Source of the DNA: Amphiscolops sp. MND2022
Taxonomy: Eukaryota
Assembly (NCBI GenBank): GCA_964187785.1
Contig: OZ076409.1
Coordinates: 23,622,001-23,686,000 of the forward strand
Length of the DNA: 64,000 nt
Direction of reading: 5' to 3'
Position 1 is the stretch's first letter. The number at the start of each line of letters is the position of its first letter. Under the pieces are notes generated by a model. It saw only the letters and a program-made list of their open reading frames with translations. It searched no databases and had not been told where the DNA came from. The position numbers were made by a program, and so were the translations under genes. This document shows, piece after piece, positions 12,001 through 24,200 of the stretch.

Positions 12001-15000
12001 TAAAACTTAGAATGGCCAACCCTGTTGATGACCACATTTAACATCTTACCACCACCTCTCTATTTCAAAATCTTGAAAGACTTGGTAAATCCGATGTCGA
12101 CTTTTCCAAAGAAATCCAAGTTGTTGGTACCGGAAGAAGGCTCAGAATTGTACTCCCGGACACAAAGTATGGAGCACAGAGGTTAAACCTTTGGTATGAA
12201 ACGGGCCACAGAGTTTACGTCATGCAAAAAGTGATGGATTTTTATGATGACGAGAACTTGAAGAGGAAACTAGAATACATGTGGAGCTACTTTAAAACGA
12301 TTGAACATGACTCATGCACATGGACTTTAATTTGTATTTCTGAAAACTCGTGCTAATCGTAGAAAGTAAATACGGTGCCAACACTCCAGTGGCATATCCA
12401 CAAAATCATGATAATAACGCAAAAGGCCATCACCACTCACTAAGAGGCCATTTTTTAAAATTCAAAGCAGAGATTCATCATTATCTATTAAAATTATCAA
12501 GATTTGAATGCTTTGATTGAAAATTTCATCATTAGTTTTTATTGAAGAGGTAATGTTTTCAACTGCGTTTTTCTCCTAGAAAATTACGTATAAACAATGT
12601 TCTGTGATTCGGTGTTTTAAGCTATGGGTTAAATCTCCACTTGATCCTATTCAAATTCAATAAGATCGTTGCTGATGGTGGAAGGACGCTTTGCAGCTTT
12701 TTTCTCATCCACAAATAACTTTTTTCGCCACAAATTTCCTATTTTTGCCACATACTTGAAAATTTTCAACCTCTTCAAATTGCCCAATTATCTTTTAAAC
12801 TAGGGTCCAGACAGATTGATGACCTTTTCGTGCAAGATGTGAAGCGGTTGATGAGTGTGCACCAGAAATCAATTTGTGACTTCCAAGTTGGCAATTTGGT
12901 CGAAGTGATTGATAAGAACTACCTGGGGTCAATGCGACATGCATTTGTCAAGAGTGTTGCAGCCAGTGGGCATCTCGTCGAGTTGTTTTATAAGCCATTG
13001 ACTAAGAAGGAAATGCAAGGACAGACGTGCAAGCAACTAATGTACGAGTGTGACGATGCCGATTATGTTCTGGCAAATACATTTTGGGTCACCCCATGTT
13101 CCCGTCTCTTCCATCCAGTTGGCTGGGCCAAAGATGTTGGTCATACAATTGATCAGCCTTGGTTAGTTCTAGTGTTTTTGAACGTCGTCCATTTGAATTG
13201 AGTGTTTTCAGCCTGATGTTCTTGAATGTAGTTGGGTTAGACACAAAATTTGGGAAATCGAGTTTTGTAAGCAATGATTTTGTAAGCAATATAGGCGGCG
13301 CCATATATAAAATACAGGGCCGAATTTTGAAAAGGACTTTTGTAGAGTTTTTTCAATCCCTCTTAATACAAATAGTTCTACCAAAAGTTCGACATGGAAT
13401 ATGCAATATCGCAGGGGATTTAGCCTGGTGTTTAGAGCACCGGGACTATATGCAGGTTCGTTTCGAACCTGATCTAGAACAATTTTTTAGAGGCTGATGA
13501 ATGTATTGGTAAATGCGTGTGCTTGAGACATTCGATATCGATTCCAGACATGGAACATTTGTTTCGAACTTCAAACCCAGTTCCATACCCCACATGTTTT
13601 TCAGCCTCAAGAGGAGTGTCTATTTATGTTAATGCTATCGTGAAGTTTTAGAATAATTCAGCTGTCAATGTTTTCAAGGTGTCCTTTTTCACTGGCATTC
13701 TTGTTTTAGTGACTGCAGTTGCACTCCTAAACATCCAGTAGAACCAGGAAAATCCTTCAGAGTTTGCCAATTCCCCGAAGAACCTATTGAGAAGGTTACT
13801 GGAGGTCCAAAGTACAGATGGAAGAAGATGATGAAAATGGAAATGGTCGATCCATTGACTCTCAACTCGATCACAGTGGGAACTGTTGTGAAAGTTCTCA
13901 AAAATGAATACATTTTAGTTGCAGTCGATGGAAAGAATTTTGACCTTGGAACTGAAGCTGAACATTTCTGCATGCATACAAAATCGCCATATTTATTGCC
14001 TTTGGGCTTTTGCGACAAATACCGAACTCAGATCAAAGCGCCGCCACATTATCGTGGGAAGTTCTTGTGGCCAGACTATTTGGAAGCTTCTTGTTCTATT
14101 GGAGCCCCAGAGGAGCTTTTTGAGGACTATGTTTATTTGAACCAGGCAAGGCCGAAGTTAGTTGTCGGCAATAAGGTATGTTACAACTTGAAGAGTATTA
14201 GCTTTGGTTCTTCAAATCTGTTCTTCTAAAGTCCCAGTTGTCAGTTATTTACATCTGAAATAGTTGATGAAATAGCAGACATGCACTTTTCGTGGGTTTT
14301 GATAGAGAAATCAAAATGGCTCCGTATTCAGAAATTTTCCATTGAGTAGATGCTCAAAAATTGATAAACAGTTAGTTGTATGCGGGTATAAACGCTACAA
14401 TTTTTGCCGTTTGAAAAGTTTTTTTTTGGAAAAAAAAACGTCATTATAGGTCCTCAATTTGATCGTTATAAAAATGCAAAACTCATGTCAATACTCAAAA
14501 GTTTTCCTGAAGAGTTGTTTTGAAGTGGTGAGCACTAAACGGACATAGTAGGAGTAAAATTTTTTAATGAAGATTTTTCTTCTGATTTCCGGATTCGTAG
14601 CTCTCAATACCACAAACATTCCCATGTTGTTTTGAACATCTCATCCTAATAAGAGCATGTTATTATATCTTGCCGTATGCAAGAAAATTGTCTTGAGTTT
14701 TTGCTAATTTGCTAGAGATCAATTTTGTTGGTTATGAAAACAGGTAGTTATAATCGCCGTTGTTATAGGTGGAATTAGGATCTGACTGAACCGAAGTGCA
14801 TGTTGTTAGAAGTAGAAAAGGACTTTGTATTATTTTTTTGTTGCAGCTTGAGGCGATAGATCTATTGAACCCATCGTTGATCCTTCCTGCCACTGTGGTC
14901 GAAGTAGTGGGTCACTTGGTCAGAATCAACTTCGACTCGTGGCCCTCAAGCCAGGATCAATGGCGGTACATGTACGCTGAAGATATGTTCCCCATCGGTT

Positions 15001-15212
15001 TCTGCGAGGTTGTCCAATACTCACTCATGCCTCCTAAAAAGTACTTGGACGCAGAATCAGCTAAAAAATTTGGAATTGTCATGGAAGAAGTTGAGATCGA
15101 AGATAATGTGAAAGCTGAGAACGTTGCTGATATTTCATGTTTCTCAGTTCACGAAGACAAAGAGAACGAGGAATGCGTGGCTGCTGAGGTCGAGAATTCT
15201 GTGGTGCAGTGA
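3035..15212 (+). CDS. MBTD1: Four-MBT-repeat Polycomb-type methyl-lysine reader (MBTD1/L3MBTL2/dSfmbt-like); 5' end unresolved
   Basis: Exons: 3035-3384 (MBT1: FTWQRYF...CFGQHIPFSHLW...VEF...FWY...GYYLKL), about 12804/12815-13161 (MBT2: FQVGNLVEVIDK...FW...HPVGW...VGH), 13710-14175 (MBT3: KMEMVDPL...LPLGFC...PPHY...WPDYL) and 14847-15212 (MBT4: LEAIDL...INFDSW...DQW...FPIGFC). Junctions 2-3 and 3-4 are phase-consistent GT-AG. The 9.4-kb intron after MBT1 may hide a small exon. Confidence 0.85.
3900..4015 (+). repeat. Dispersed repeat family B (Helitron-like end?), copy 1
   Basis: GAGTGTTAATTATTCGTT..GAGAGCTTC.CCTGCATTCAAATGCGAATGCGAAACTTC recurs at about 17340-17420 and 22400-22460. Confidence 0.6.
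4220..5675 (+). mobile_element. Fossil hAT DNA transposon
   Basis: The left end is CAGGGATGAAA (4220-4230), with GCTGTATAC subterminal repeats at both ends. Broken frames give a BED finger (CKEC...HGTSLMAHIMNKH), LPFDIVEDPIF, catalytic-like VSIMLDVWTN and dimerisation-like FP...MANVLL...EERSFS. Many stops and frameshifts; right TIR eroded. Confidence 0.75.
6003..6095 (+). repeat. Dispersed repeat, also at 17439-17535
   Basis: TCCGAGAAGAATTAAAGGCGGTGTAAA...TTCCAGATATG is present at both sites. Confidence 0.65.
6140..6500 (+). pseudogene. Decayed LINE reverse-transcriptase fragment
   Basis: FDFTKAFDKI...LLQKL and a frameshifted GVPQGSALGPLLFLVYVSDLP motif. Confidence 0.7.
7405..10235 (-). pseudogene. 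LINE ORF2 (APE + RT), disrupted
   Basis: APE: NANIRSI, LTETW, IIAGDFNIDLL, SCLDHI, TDH. RT: FLDLKKAFDTLDH, GVPQGSVLGPLLFLLCINDLP, FADDT, KYLGVIID. Several stops and frameshifts. Confidence 0.9.
10284..11329 (-). pseudogene. LINE ORF1 (coiled coil + RRM-like), frameshifted
   Basis: DLERYSRKLCLIF...IAACHPL...PVIVKF...IFIRECL pattern, split over three frames upstream of the APE domain. Confidence 0.7.
11580..12024. mobile_element. hAT-type MITE with 8-bp TSD
   Basis: TIRs are CAGGGTTGGCCA and TGGCCAACCCTG. Flanks are TTAATGAC (11572-11579) and TTGATGAC (12025-12032). No coding capacity. Confidence 0.85.
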
Positions 15213-15846
15213 TTTCAACTTGTGTTCATTTTGGACTTGTGTTTAGTTAGCTTCCCGGATGGTTTGCTTGCTCTATTGAAAACATTTTCATTTCGTTTTG
15301 AGCAATTGTGTTCTGCCACGTGTTTAAACATTCTGCCTTGACTTTTGAATTTTGATTTGATTGATTTTGAACCATTTGTTTGTTAAATTGCATTTTGATG
15401 AATTTCAAGTTTGAGTTTCTGGATGTGTTTTCTATTTAAACAGTTTTTATAAGGTAAGCGCCAAAGGATTACATTACGTTTTGTTTAGTCCCGAAAGAAC
15501 GAACTCATCATATGGACTCCCCAAGTACCTGATCTCTCGAAGAAGCAATATTTGCGTGTTGAAAAGGAACCTTTGCCAAACGATGATCGACGGAATATTT
15601 TGTAATTCTCTTAGTCGGGAAGTTCTGTAAATTCCAAAAAAGCTGGATTTGAGTCAATTAATTTATTCTTCTTGATACTTTGCATTTGATTTTAACTTTC
15701 AGTTTTAAAAAAATGGATGAAACGTGTTTCAGAATTTTTTTTCGCATCTAAGAGTTCACCCCTTGAACAGACTTTCGTTAACTCGCAAAGATGTTCCGTA
15801 GGGGCCTATTTTCAGAGAGCGTTGAAATTGATGATCGTCCGAGGCG

Positions 15847-18800
15847 ATGAACATTACACGGCCTCAAAAACTTATACCAGAAATTGATGGATTTGAAATT
15901 CCTGGCTGGGCCGGAAAGCCTTCACCCGGATTGCATCTGGATGTTCTGAAAGAGAAAGATGGCGAGATCAAAATGATTCAAAAGATGATGGTTGACGAGA
16001 AAAAAGCGTACTTCTTCGGGCGCAATCCTCTGTACTGTGACTTCACCATAGATCACGCTTCCTGTTCTCGAGTTCACGCAACTCTTCTCTTCCATAAAAA
16101 TTTGAACAAGTCTTTTCTGGTGGACCTCAACAGCGCGCATGGCACTTTTATTGGAAAAGTCCGATTGGAATCTTTTACACCCACACAAGTCCATTTAGGT
16201 GAGTTTTCTTGAGCGCTTCTTTCAATTCGATATTCAACACAATAGTGAAAAACGAAGTCAATTGAAGCTTCTTAAGAATTATGAATTTGAAATTTAAAGT
16301 ATGAATGAAAGAGTTTACCATTTTAATTGCGACATTTTTGGACTTTCTATAAACAGCAAAGTTTTCTTTTTTGAAACCTCCGAAGTGTGCATTGTGTACG
16401 ATGTTCGAAATCGAAAATTTCGTTATACCAATTCGATGCCAACAATATACGAGTTATACGAAGGATCGGTTTTCAGGCTTTTCCGTGTCTGTTTAGTCGA
16501 CGCTTTTCGTTTCCGGCACTATGCGACTTACTGATGATTTTTTTTTTGAAAATTTCTTTCCACTCAGTTTTTTTTGGTTTTGAGGTTTTCGGTTAAGGAA
16601 AACCGTTTTCCGAGTCTTGAGGGTGACCTCTTAGATTATTTTTGCTCCTGTGGGACTAATGAGAGTTTTCTTACTAATCGAAATGGAAAAGACACGGCTT
16701 TTTCGGCACTATGCGACTTTCGAAACAATTTTCCTTCGGTAAAAAATTTCTTCACTTTCGAAAAAGATTCGTGTCGGAAAGAGCGTTTTGAGAACTTGAA
16801 GGTTTCTTTTTGGGATTTTTTTGACTGTTTTCCTTTTGGGACTACGAGTCTTTTCCGAAATGAAATTTCCGTTTTTCTTCGAGTTAGCGAAAGCGATTTT
16901 CGAGTTATATAGGCCTCTCTTCGGATATTTTTCGGCACTGTAAATTTGATACAATAATGTACCTTTATATTTAAAAAACTTTGCTCCTTTTGAACCTTGA
17001 GTGATACTTGTTTCCAGATTAAACAACAAAATTGAAGGGAATTTTGGAATCGTTGTTTTTTTCATTAAAACCGAATCTTAAGTTTTTAATATTTCTGCTT
17101 TAGCAGGAATATTATTGAAATCTGGAAACGTGTACTTTTTTTCAGAACAATTTTTCGGACGATCTGAATAATTCAGATATTTTGTTCGGCAGTGAGTGTA
17201 AGCGAGAGAGCTGCCGAAGACAATTCAATTCTAGTGCGATGGAACGAGCGAGTGGTAATTATCCATTCGTATGTTGACGTCATTGAGATGAAGCGAGCGA
17301 ATGTTCGTAATTGTGCTTTCGTTGCCCCGAGTTATTGAGATGAAGCGAATGAGTGTTAATTATTCGTTCGTTGAGAGCTTCGCCTGCATTCAAATGCGAA
17401 TGCGAAACTTCGTCTACGCTTAGTAATATTTTCTTTAGTCCGAGAAGAATTAAAGGCGGTGTAAACTTGTACAGTGATTAATTGTGCTCTAAGTAATGAT
17501 TAAACAGGAGTGTATTGGTATTCCAGATATGATTCTTTTATTAATGATTTTTTTGTTTCAAAAAAAAATAAAGATTAAAGCAGAAATAGTACTGAGCCCC
17601 GGAGGGGCCTATTTTGAAAATAGATATCGGTTCTTCAATTCAATTTATGCTGAGATGGAAAGAGGCGTTGAAAAAATCGGTTGAAGCAAACATTCAATTC
17701 GAAGCATAATTGACCATGAACAACTCTTTTGTACCCAAGTGTTCATCGCGTAGCTTGTTCTGTTATTTTCTAGTCAAAATATCGAATTGTTTCTAATGAA
17801 TGCGACTAAACAGACAAGCCGATAAAATTTTCTAAAGATGTTTTGATTGATTGTTCTTTGGCTTGCAAAGATCCTGTGAAGTCGCCGAGCTCTATCAAAG
17901 AGCATATTCTCAAACTGTTTTGAGATCATTTTGATTGCTGATATAAAAGCTTGTGAAGTTCTAACGTGAAGACTGTTTGTTTCAAATTTAGATTCAGTAA
18001 TAACTTTCGGAGCTTCTACACGGCAGTACATTCTACGTGAAAAGCCTCAGCCAACTTCAGCTGATGACCACAGACCCGAAGACGTTGCCAAGTTGTCGGG
18101 TCTAGCCAAATTCGGGCTGCCCCAAGAAGAGGCTGCTCTGGACAATCTGACAGAGTTCAACACAGCTCATAACAAGAGAGTCGCAATGTTAACCAGCGGA
18201 GAAGAAAACGGGGCATCCGAAATGGTACCTGCCAAGCGAAGACGTCTGACTGGAGTTAGGTTCAGGTAAATTTTGTCAGAAGTTTGACGTAAAAATTTGA
18301 TGTCACTGTCTTCATTTTAAATCACGGAACGAACATTTGGACGCACATATGAAGACGTGCCAAATCCGATGCGCTCGCTTAAGGCTATAGTAACTCAAGG
18401 TATTAAGATGAAGCAATAGTGGTATATTTGATTTTTTTAAATAGATTCACAGTGTGAAAAAATCCCAATGGGGCCGTAAGTTTGGAAACTTTGATGCAGG
18501 AAAAAGTTTGAGAGAAACGTTCAAAGAATTAGATGGTTGATCCTTTAGACTTATCTAATTCCCTAATTCATCTGAATCTATAGAGTAACCAACGTGTACC
18601 TTTTGCACCAGTTGAAGGTTTCATTCGGAAAAATTGAAATTTTAGTAAGGCCTGGTCTGCAGAATTCTAGTCATTTTGAGTGTCGGGAATTTTTTTATTT
18701 ATACACCGGCTGAAATTGTCGCGTCTTACCAGTTTTGTCGATATAGTTTTCGGCATCCTTTAACAATCTCTGGAGTTTGATTAGCAATTGCAGAAATGTG

Positions 18801-19293
18801 TTTATAAATATTTTTAATAGTCGAACGTTTTTGTACTTTTTTTGACAGAGAAGAGGAAGACGTTATTAACCCTGAAGACATAGACCCTACAGTTGGCAAA
18901 TTCCGCAATGTGATCCAGACTGCAATAATTCCGAAATCGAGCAATCCTAAAAGCAACAACTCTTCTGGCAACCCTTTAATTCCTAATGCAGCTCTCAGCT
19001 CGCCACACGCAGATAACAGTGCCAACCACCAACAACATATCCTTCGTCCAATCAAAGACGATTCCTTCAACCTCTACGCGGGGATGTTGGACAACCCTGT
19101 CGCTTCCATTCGTATAAACTCCGCACCCGATGTAGATTTGTCTCATCCGCCTGAAGACTTATCAGCGAAAGCTAGTGCAGCTGTTACAACCGAAGTGTCA
19201 GTCGATGTCGGAGGGGATAACATGCCCAAAAAGAAGTATTTCCCCAAGGAAGCTTGGCCTGGTCGCAAACCCACTGGAGGAATGGCGATTTAG
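15847..19293 (+). CDS. PPP1R8: Nuclear inhibitor of protein phosphatase 1 (NIPP1), FHA domain
   Basis: Exons 15847-16198, 17992-18265 and 18849-19293, all phase-consistent. Motifs: WAGKPSPGLHLDV, FGRN..CDFTIDHASCSRVH, DLNSAHGTF, ITFGASTR, LDNLTEFNTAHNKR, INPEDIDPTVGKFRN, and the C-terminal KKKYFPKEAWPGRKP. Confidence 0.95.
16490..16940 (+). repeat. Partial copy of repeat family A in NIPP1 intron 1
   Basis: Repeated TTTTCGGCACTATGCGACT motif shared with 20750-20770 and 43447-43462. Confidence 0.5.
17195..17425 (+). repeat. Dispersed repeat family B, copy 2
   Basis: GAAGCGAGCG-rich segment ending in the block shared with 3900-4015 and 22400-22460. Confidence 0.55.
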
Positions 19294-19794
19294 TGTCTCA
19301 GAAGTTGAAGGTCCAAGATTACGTCACGTTGGTACTAGTCTGAATGAAGTCAGAATCAGGTTCGCCGAGAAGCAGACACTCAAAGAGCAGTTCCGTTTTC
19401 AGACGTGAGCTGGAGAGAAAATGAGTGACTTGAAAACTGTAAATTGGAAACTTCCAGTTCCATTCAATGCATTGATAATTGTTATTCAATTCTTTTCATG
19501 GTTTTAATCCTTGTTATATTACATTTTTCAAAATTTTTCGTTTTGAACAGATGGCGAGGAAAACCTTAATCTGAGTGACCGATTCAAAGATCTGTAAATC
19601 TCGTGGAAAACGAGGTTATTCAGTTCTGAGTACTCAGTAATGCTGAATTACCAGGGTGAGAGGTTGAAACTTTTCGAGCTCATTAATAGGGTAGTTAAAT
19701 GGGGAACGTCATACAGACAAAATGTAATACAAATCTAATTTTTCAACCTGCAGAATATTTGTTTGATTGGCTGAAATTTGAAATCGAATTGAAT

Positions 19795-19876
19795 TCACTA
19801 AGCTGAAAACACGTGTCTGATTTTGTCGGAATTATTATAACATAGTCAGCTATGTTCACATACCCCTAGTGCCCTA
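19795..19876. repeat. Isolated copy of the MITE core module
   Basis: GCTGAAAACACGTG..GATTTTGTCGGAATT...AGTCAGCTATGTTCACAT.CCCCTAGTGCCCT matches 501-612 directly and 170-225 inverted. Confidence 0.6.
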
Positions 19877-20585
19877 TATACTGGAGCGAAGCTATATACA
19901 GCACTAACAGCTAGTATTTTGAATTCTGCTGTTTGGGACCTATTTTGTAAGCGGTTGTATGAATAGTCACCAGAAATTAGATGTGTATTACATTATGTCT
20001 TTAGTAGTTGACCCGTTTAAATTAGGAGGCGGTCCAAAATGACTGAACTTGTAATGTTATTTCAGCCGTGGTCTAATGAGAAAATCATTGGAAAATTTTA
20101 AACAGACAAAAAATTAAGTTTTTTATGTTTTGTCATGTTGATATCTTAATTTCTTGATCTCACCGTTTTTTTGCTCTTGTTCAGAGTTTGGCCTCTTGGA
20201 TAATTGTCATGTTCATAAAAAGGTTTTATTATTAGAGTGGGTTCTCTTTTTTGGGCCCAGACAGCAACAGAGACCCCGTTAAATACGCATTACAACAGAC
20301 TATCAAGTTTCCAAGCCCTGTTGAATGTCCGATCAAACGCATAGTTTAGTTGAATGTTCAGAGATCAGATCAAAGTGTTGTAAAAAAAGGCTAAAATTTT
20401 TGATATCGCTGAAATTGTTTATAATGTTCCGTTGAACAACTTGATGTAGAACTAATTTTCACAGGATTCATTTTTAGTCGGTGCATTTTAGTAGAAAATG
20501 AGTAGTAGTGAAATTTAGTAGTGAAATGAGTAGTAGTGAATTTAGTAGAGAAAAATAGTTGACTCTTACAGTGGGTAGTTTTTTT

Positions 20586-21065
20586 TCATTTTTTTAGACG
20601 CGTAAGTTCCACTTTTTTGTTCATTTGTTCAACAACGTCAAACCTCAACAACTCGAACCTCAAAAGCGCGTCCAAAACAATAAGAAGAAACAAAACAGAC
20701 GTCCAGAACCTCGAAATCACACTACGGATCCCCCCATAGTCCCACTTTTTTTCGGCACTATGCGACTTTTTTTGAAACTTTTTGGATTGCACCAAAGGGT
20801 CCCCCTCCTTTTTTTTAACATTTTGCAACACAATGAATGTCAAAAAATTCCGAAGGGTCCCCTTTTTACATTTTTCGGCACTGTGACACTGTTCAAAAAT
20901 CTCATTAAAAAAAATTTTTGGGAAATTTTTTCATGTCCCCAAAGGGTCCCCCTTCATTTTTTTTTATTTTTTGCAACCAGCTGGAGTTTCACAAAGCCCG
21001 AAGGGTCCTCTTTTTCAATTTTGAGTCTTAGATATGGCGCCGACTTTGGCCGTTCTCGGCTTGTT
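20586..21065 (+). mobile_element. Non-autonomous repeat family A (Helitron/Helentron-like), copy 1
   Basis: Internal GGGTCCCC repeats. The 3' end is CTTAGATATGGCGCCGACTT.GGCCGTTC.CGGCTTGTT (GCCG/CGGC hairpin, then CTTGTT). No TSD found. Confidence 0.6.
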
Positions 21066-21277
21066 TGCTGTTTCACTGAAAAATGTTTTTTTTTTTAATT
21101 GACTGTGGAAGGTATCAGGTTCATCTTAGAGAGTGCTTCTCGTATCCATTGCTTCAATCTTGATCAATCGGTTTGTCTTTTCCAATTGGACGTTTTCTGT
21201 GTAGTTTCAGTGAATATAAAAAATACCATAAATGATCTTGGTATCTAAAACTTTTGCTATCAGTTTTAGATTGTAGT

Positions 21278-24200
21278 ATGAATCCTTATCAAAGACAGCC
21301 ACCATACTATGGCCACATTCAGCAACAGAACTATTCTTCAAACTATCGAGAAAATACAAATAATTGGCAACAGAGCGCGCCTTCGACAGAAAGGTCAGAA
21401 AATTGGTCCAGTTCCGGGCACTACGGAGATCAAATGCATGGCGGGAGACCAGAACCACGCTACTCAAGTAGCCACATGAATGGCCCACCACAGAATCATT
21501 ATGCCAGCTATCAAGGAGGACCAATGCTTGAGAATGAACCCAGGAGTGCACTTCCTTCTGCACACGAATGGGACAGACAATCGTTGTCCAGTAATTCCAG
21601 CTTCAACTTCTCAGAACGCCCCCCTTTCGACAGAAGCCGTAGCAACAGTGTGCAAAGCAATAGAACAGAGCCTTCCTACCGGGCTTCAGCTTCCTCCATG
21701 CCAGGTGTCCAACATAGCACTCCCATCAGGGGTCAAAACCCCAGTCAAAATCAATCTTGGCTCACACCTCGCGGAAGTGTCTCATCGATGTCTTCAGATG
21801 TATTCAGAGATGACAACAGTTATCATGGCTCTGATGCTTTGAAGCCACCAATGTTCAATAGCTCCACTGAGCAGCTGAATCGCTCTTCTTTGAATGACTC
21901 TGGGTACAATTCCACTTTCAGATCCAGAGATACAAGTAGCAATACACCCAGACAATCGTGAGTCGTCATCTTCAGCTTTCAAAATTTCTAGGTGTTCCCT
22001 TTCGTATTGAACGTGGCTTTATTTACTTGTGAAATACGTCCGGCGTTTGTCGTTGGTCTATATCTAATTTATGATATCACTAATTTTCGTCGTGATTGTA
22101 AAAGACATTTCACTTCACCATATGCTATGGTGAAATTCTTGCCGATTTTCTCCGTTCTTTAAGGTTGAAATTAATGGAAATTTTAGCAGACGAAAATTAA
22201 AACATTGGCGAAGCCTTTTTACTATTACGAATATAATTGACGTTGACTATAAATACGTTGCAGATTTGAAAGTAGCTCAATATAATTATATCAATATTTC
22301 TGCCCAAGCTACTTTTTTTTCCAACCAGATCATCTTCATTTGTTCTCCCCATGCAGCCATTGTAACACTTAGCAGCTAGTGTAAATGTATTTATTGACGC
22401 GAAGTGAACGAGTGTTAAATAATTGACCGTTAGCTGAGAGCTTCGCATGCATTCAAACAATAAGGCAAAGATAATTACCACTTACTAATAGTATTTTTCT
22501 TGTAATCTGGAAAAAAACGTGCAGTCTAAGATTTGGACGTTTTCAGTCAAAGTTACAAGTTTTTACAATGATTTCCGATGAGAAGTTTTTACGGAGTTTT
22601 AACCGATAAATTGAATACGTTTTGACCGATTTTTAAACGGAAAACTGAATAAACCGATTTTTCAACAAACTTTGTTTATACTATGTTTCTGAAAACCCCC
22701 ACCGAAAATCATCTTGAAATTCGAGAATATGAAGAATATTCAATACAAGCGATGTTATAACGGAAATGTTGAAACTTGAAAATTTAGTAACAATTTTACC
22801 ATATACAGCTGCTGAGTGTTCCCGAGTGAAAGTTTTCCATTTTTGTTCTCGGGTTTTAGTTCCTATCCACAGCATTGATTAATCGATCAAATCAAGTCCA
22901 ATTTAAACGGATAGGTCTAACCGATCGGTCAATGATCTAAGGCATTTAGCAACCTTTCATTCAACAAACCTTGACCAGCCCAAGTCGGCGCCATATCTAA
23001 GGCTCAAAAATAGCAAAATGACTTCAAAGTGTCAAAGTATTCTCTTCTACAGTACCTGAAAAAGCCAAAAAGTTGAACCCAATTGGCGCGCCGGGGGACC
23101 CTTTGTTATTTTTTTTCGAAAACGTCTCACAATGCCGAAAAAAACTGAAAGGGGGGACCCTTTGGGATTTTTCAACATCCATTCTGTCGCAAAACTCCAA
23201 AAAAATTGAAGGGGGACCCTTTGGTGGAAAAAAATCGAAAAAAGTCCCACAATGTCGAACAAAAATGAAAGGGGACCCTTTGGTATCTTCCGGTATTGTG
23301 TTACGCGGTAAAAGGGAAAAACTTTTTGGTTCAGTTCGCTAGGCCAAATGATTCAATTTGGGACCATACAATTTCGTAGAACATTTAAGAACTATTTTGG
23401 TCAGTTCGTGTGGATTGAAAAAAAGTCACTATAATAGTCGCGCTTCACTTCATGAAGCGCCGACTAAAAACCGCATTGTTTATCCAATTGTTAAACTGGA
23501 CATACTTGATGACAATGAAAATTGTAAAAAAAAAGATTCATTCAACTTTCTTCGTATTAAAAGTTCTGGAAATGTTAATGTTTTATTCCGAGGATTCAAT
23601 GGAAGAAATGGTCTACTTTTTGGTGATTATGTAAATGCCAAATTGCACAACTGAGAGCGCCCCCGCTCAAGGCTCAAAAAGAGCAAAGTCTTCTAAATAT
23701 GCAAAAGGAAAACTACCCGAAGGCGAGGCACCCTTTAGACTCGAAAACAGTTTTTTTCTCTAATTGAAGAAATAGAAAAATTCCAATTTGCGAGAAACGT
23801 CGCACAGTGCCCAAAAACCTAAACGGAAACCCTTTATGCTCGCTAAACGCTCTTTCCAAATCAAAAACATCCAAAAAAGGAACCTATAGTCTGCGTCTAA
23901 GAAAATGCCGACTAACAGAAACATTTGAATGAATAGATTATCATTAATGAAATGAGGCGACTACAATTGAATTTTTAATGTGCTTATGAGTCAACTTATT
24001 GGACTGGTGTGAACTCGTCAAAAAAATTGTAAAACTACGATGAAGACAAGATATCTGGGCTTAGTAAATGGCAAAAGTAAACGTGAAAAGTCCCATTGTG
24101 GTTACTTAACATGAAATGAATATCTTCTGGAGAGTAGTTTACATTGGTCTCATCTAGTTTTCGTTTCAAGAGTCGGCGACAGATTGGGTCCTTCCAGGGA

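Noticed and set aside
16574-17065. Lys/Phe-rich ORFs in NIPP1 intron 1 (similar ones at 20586-21098, 23047-23342, 25147-25540)
   Set aside because: They come from T/A-run-rich dispersed repeats within introns or intergenic DNA.
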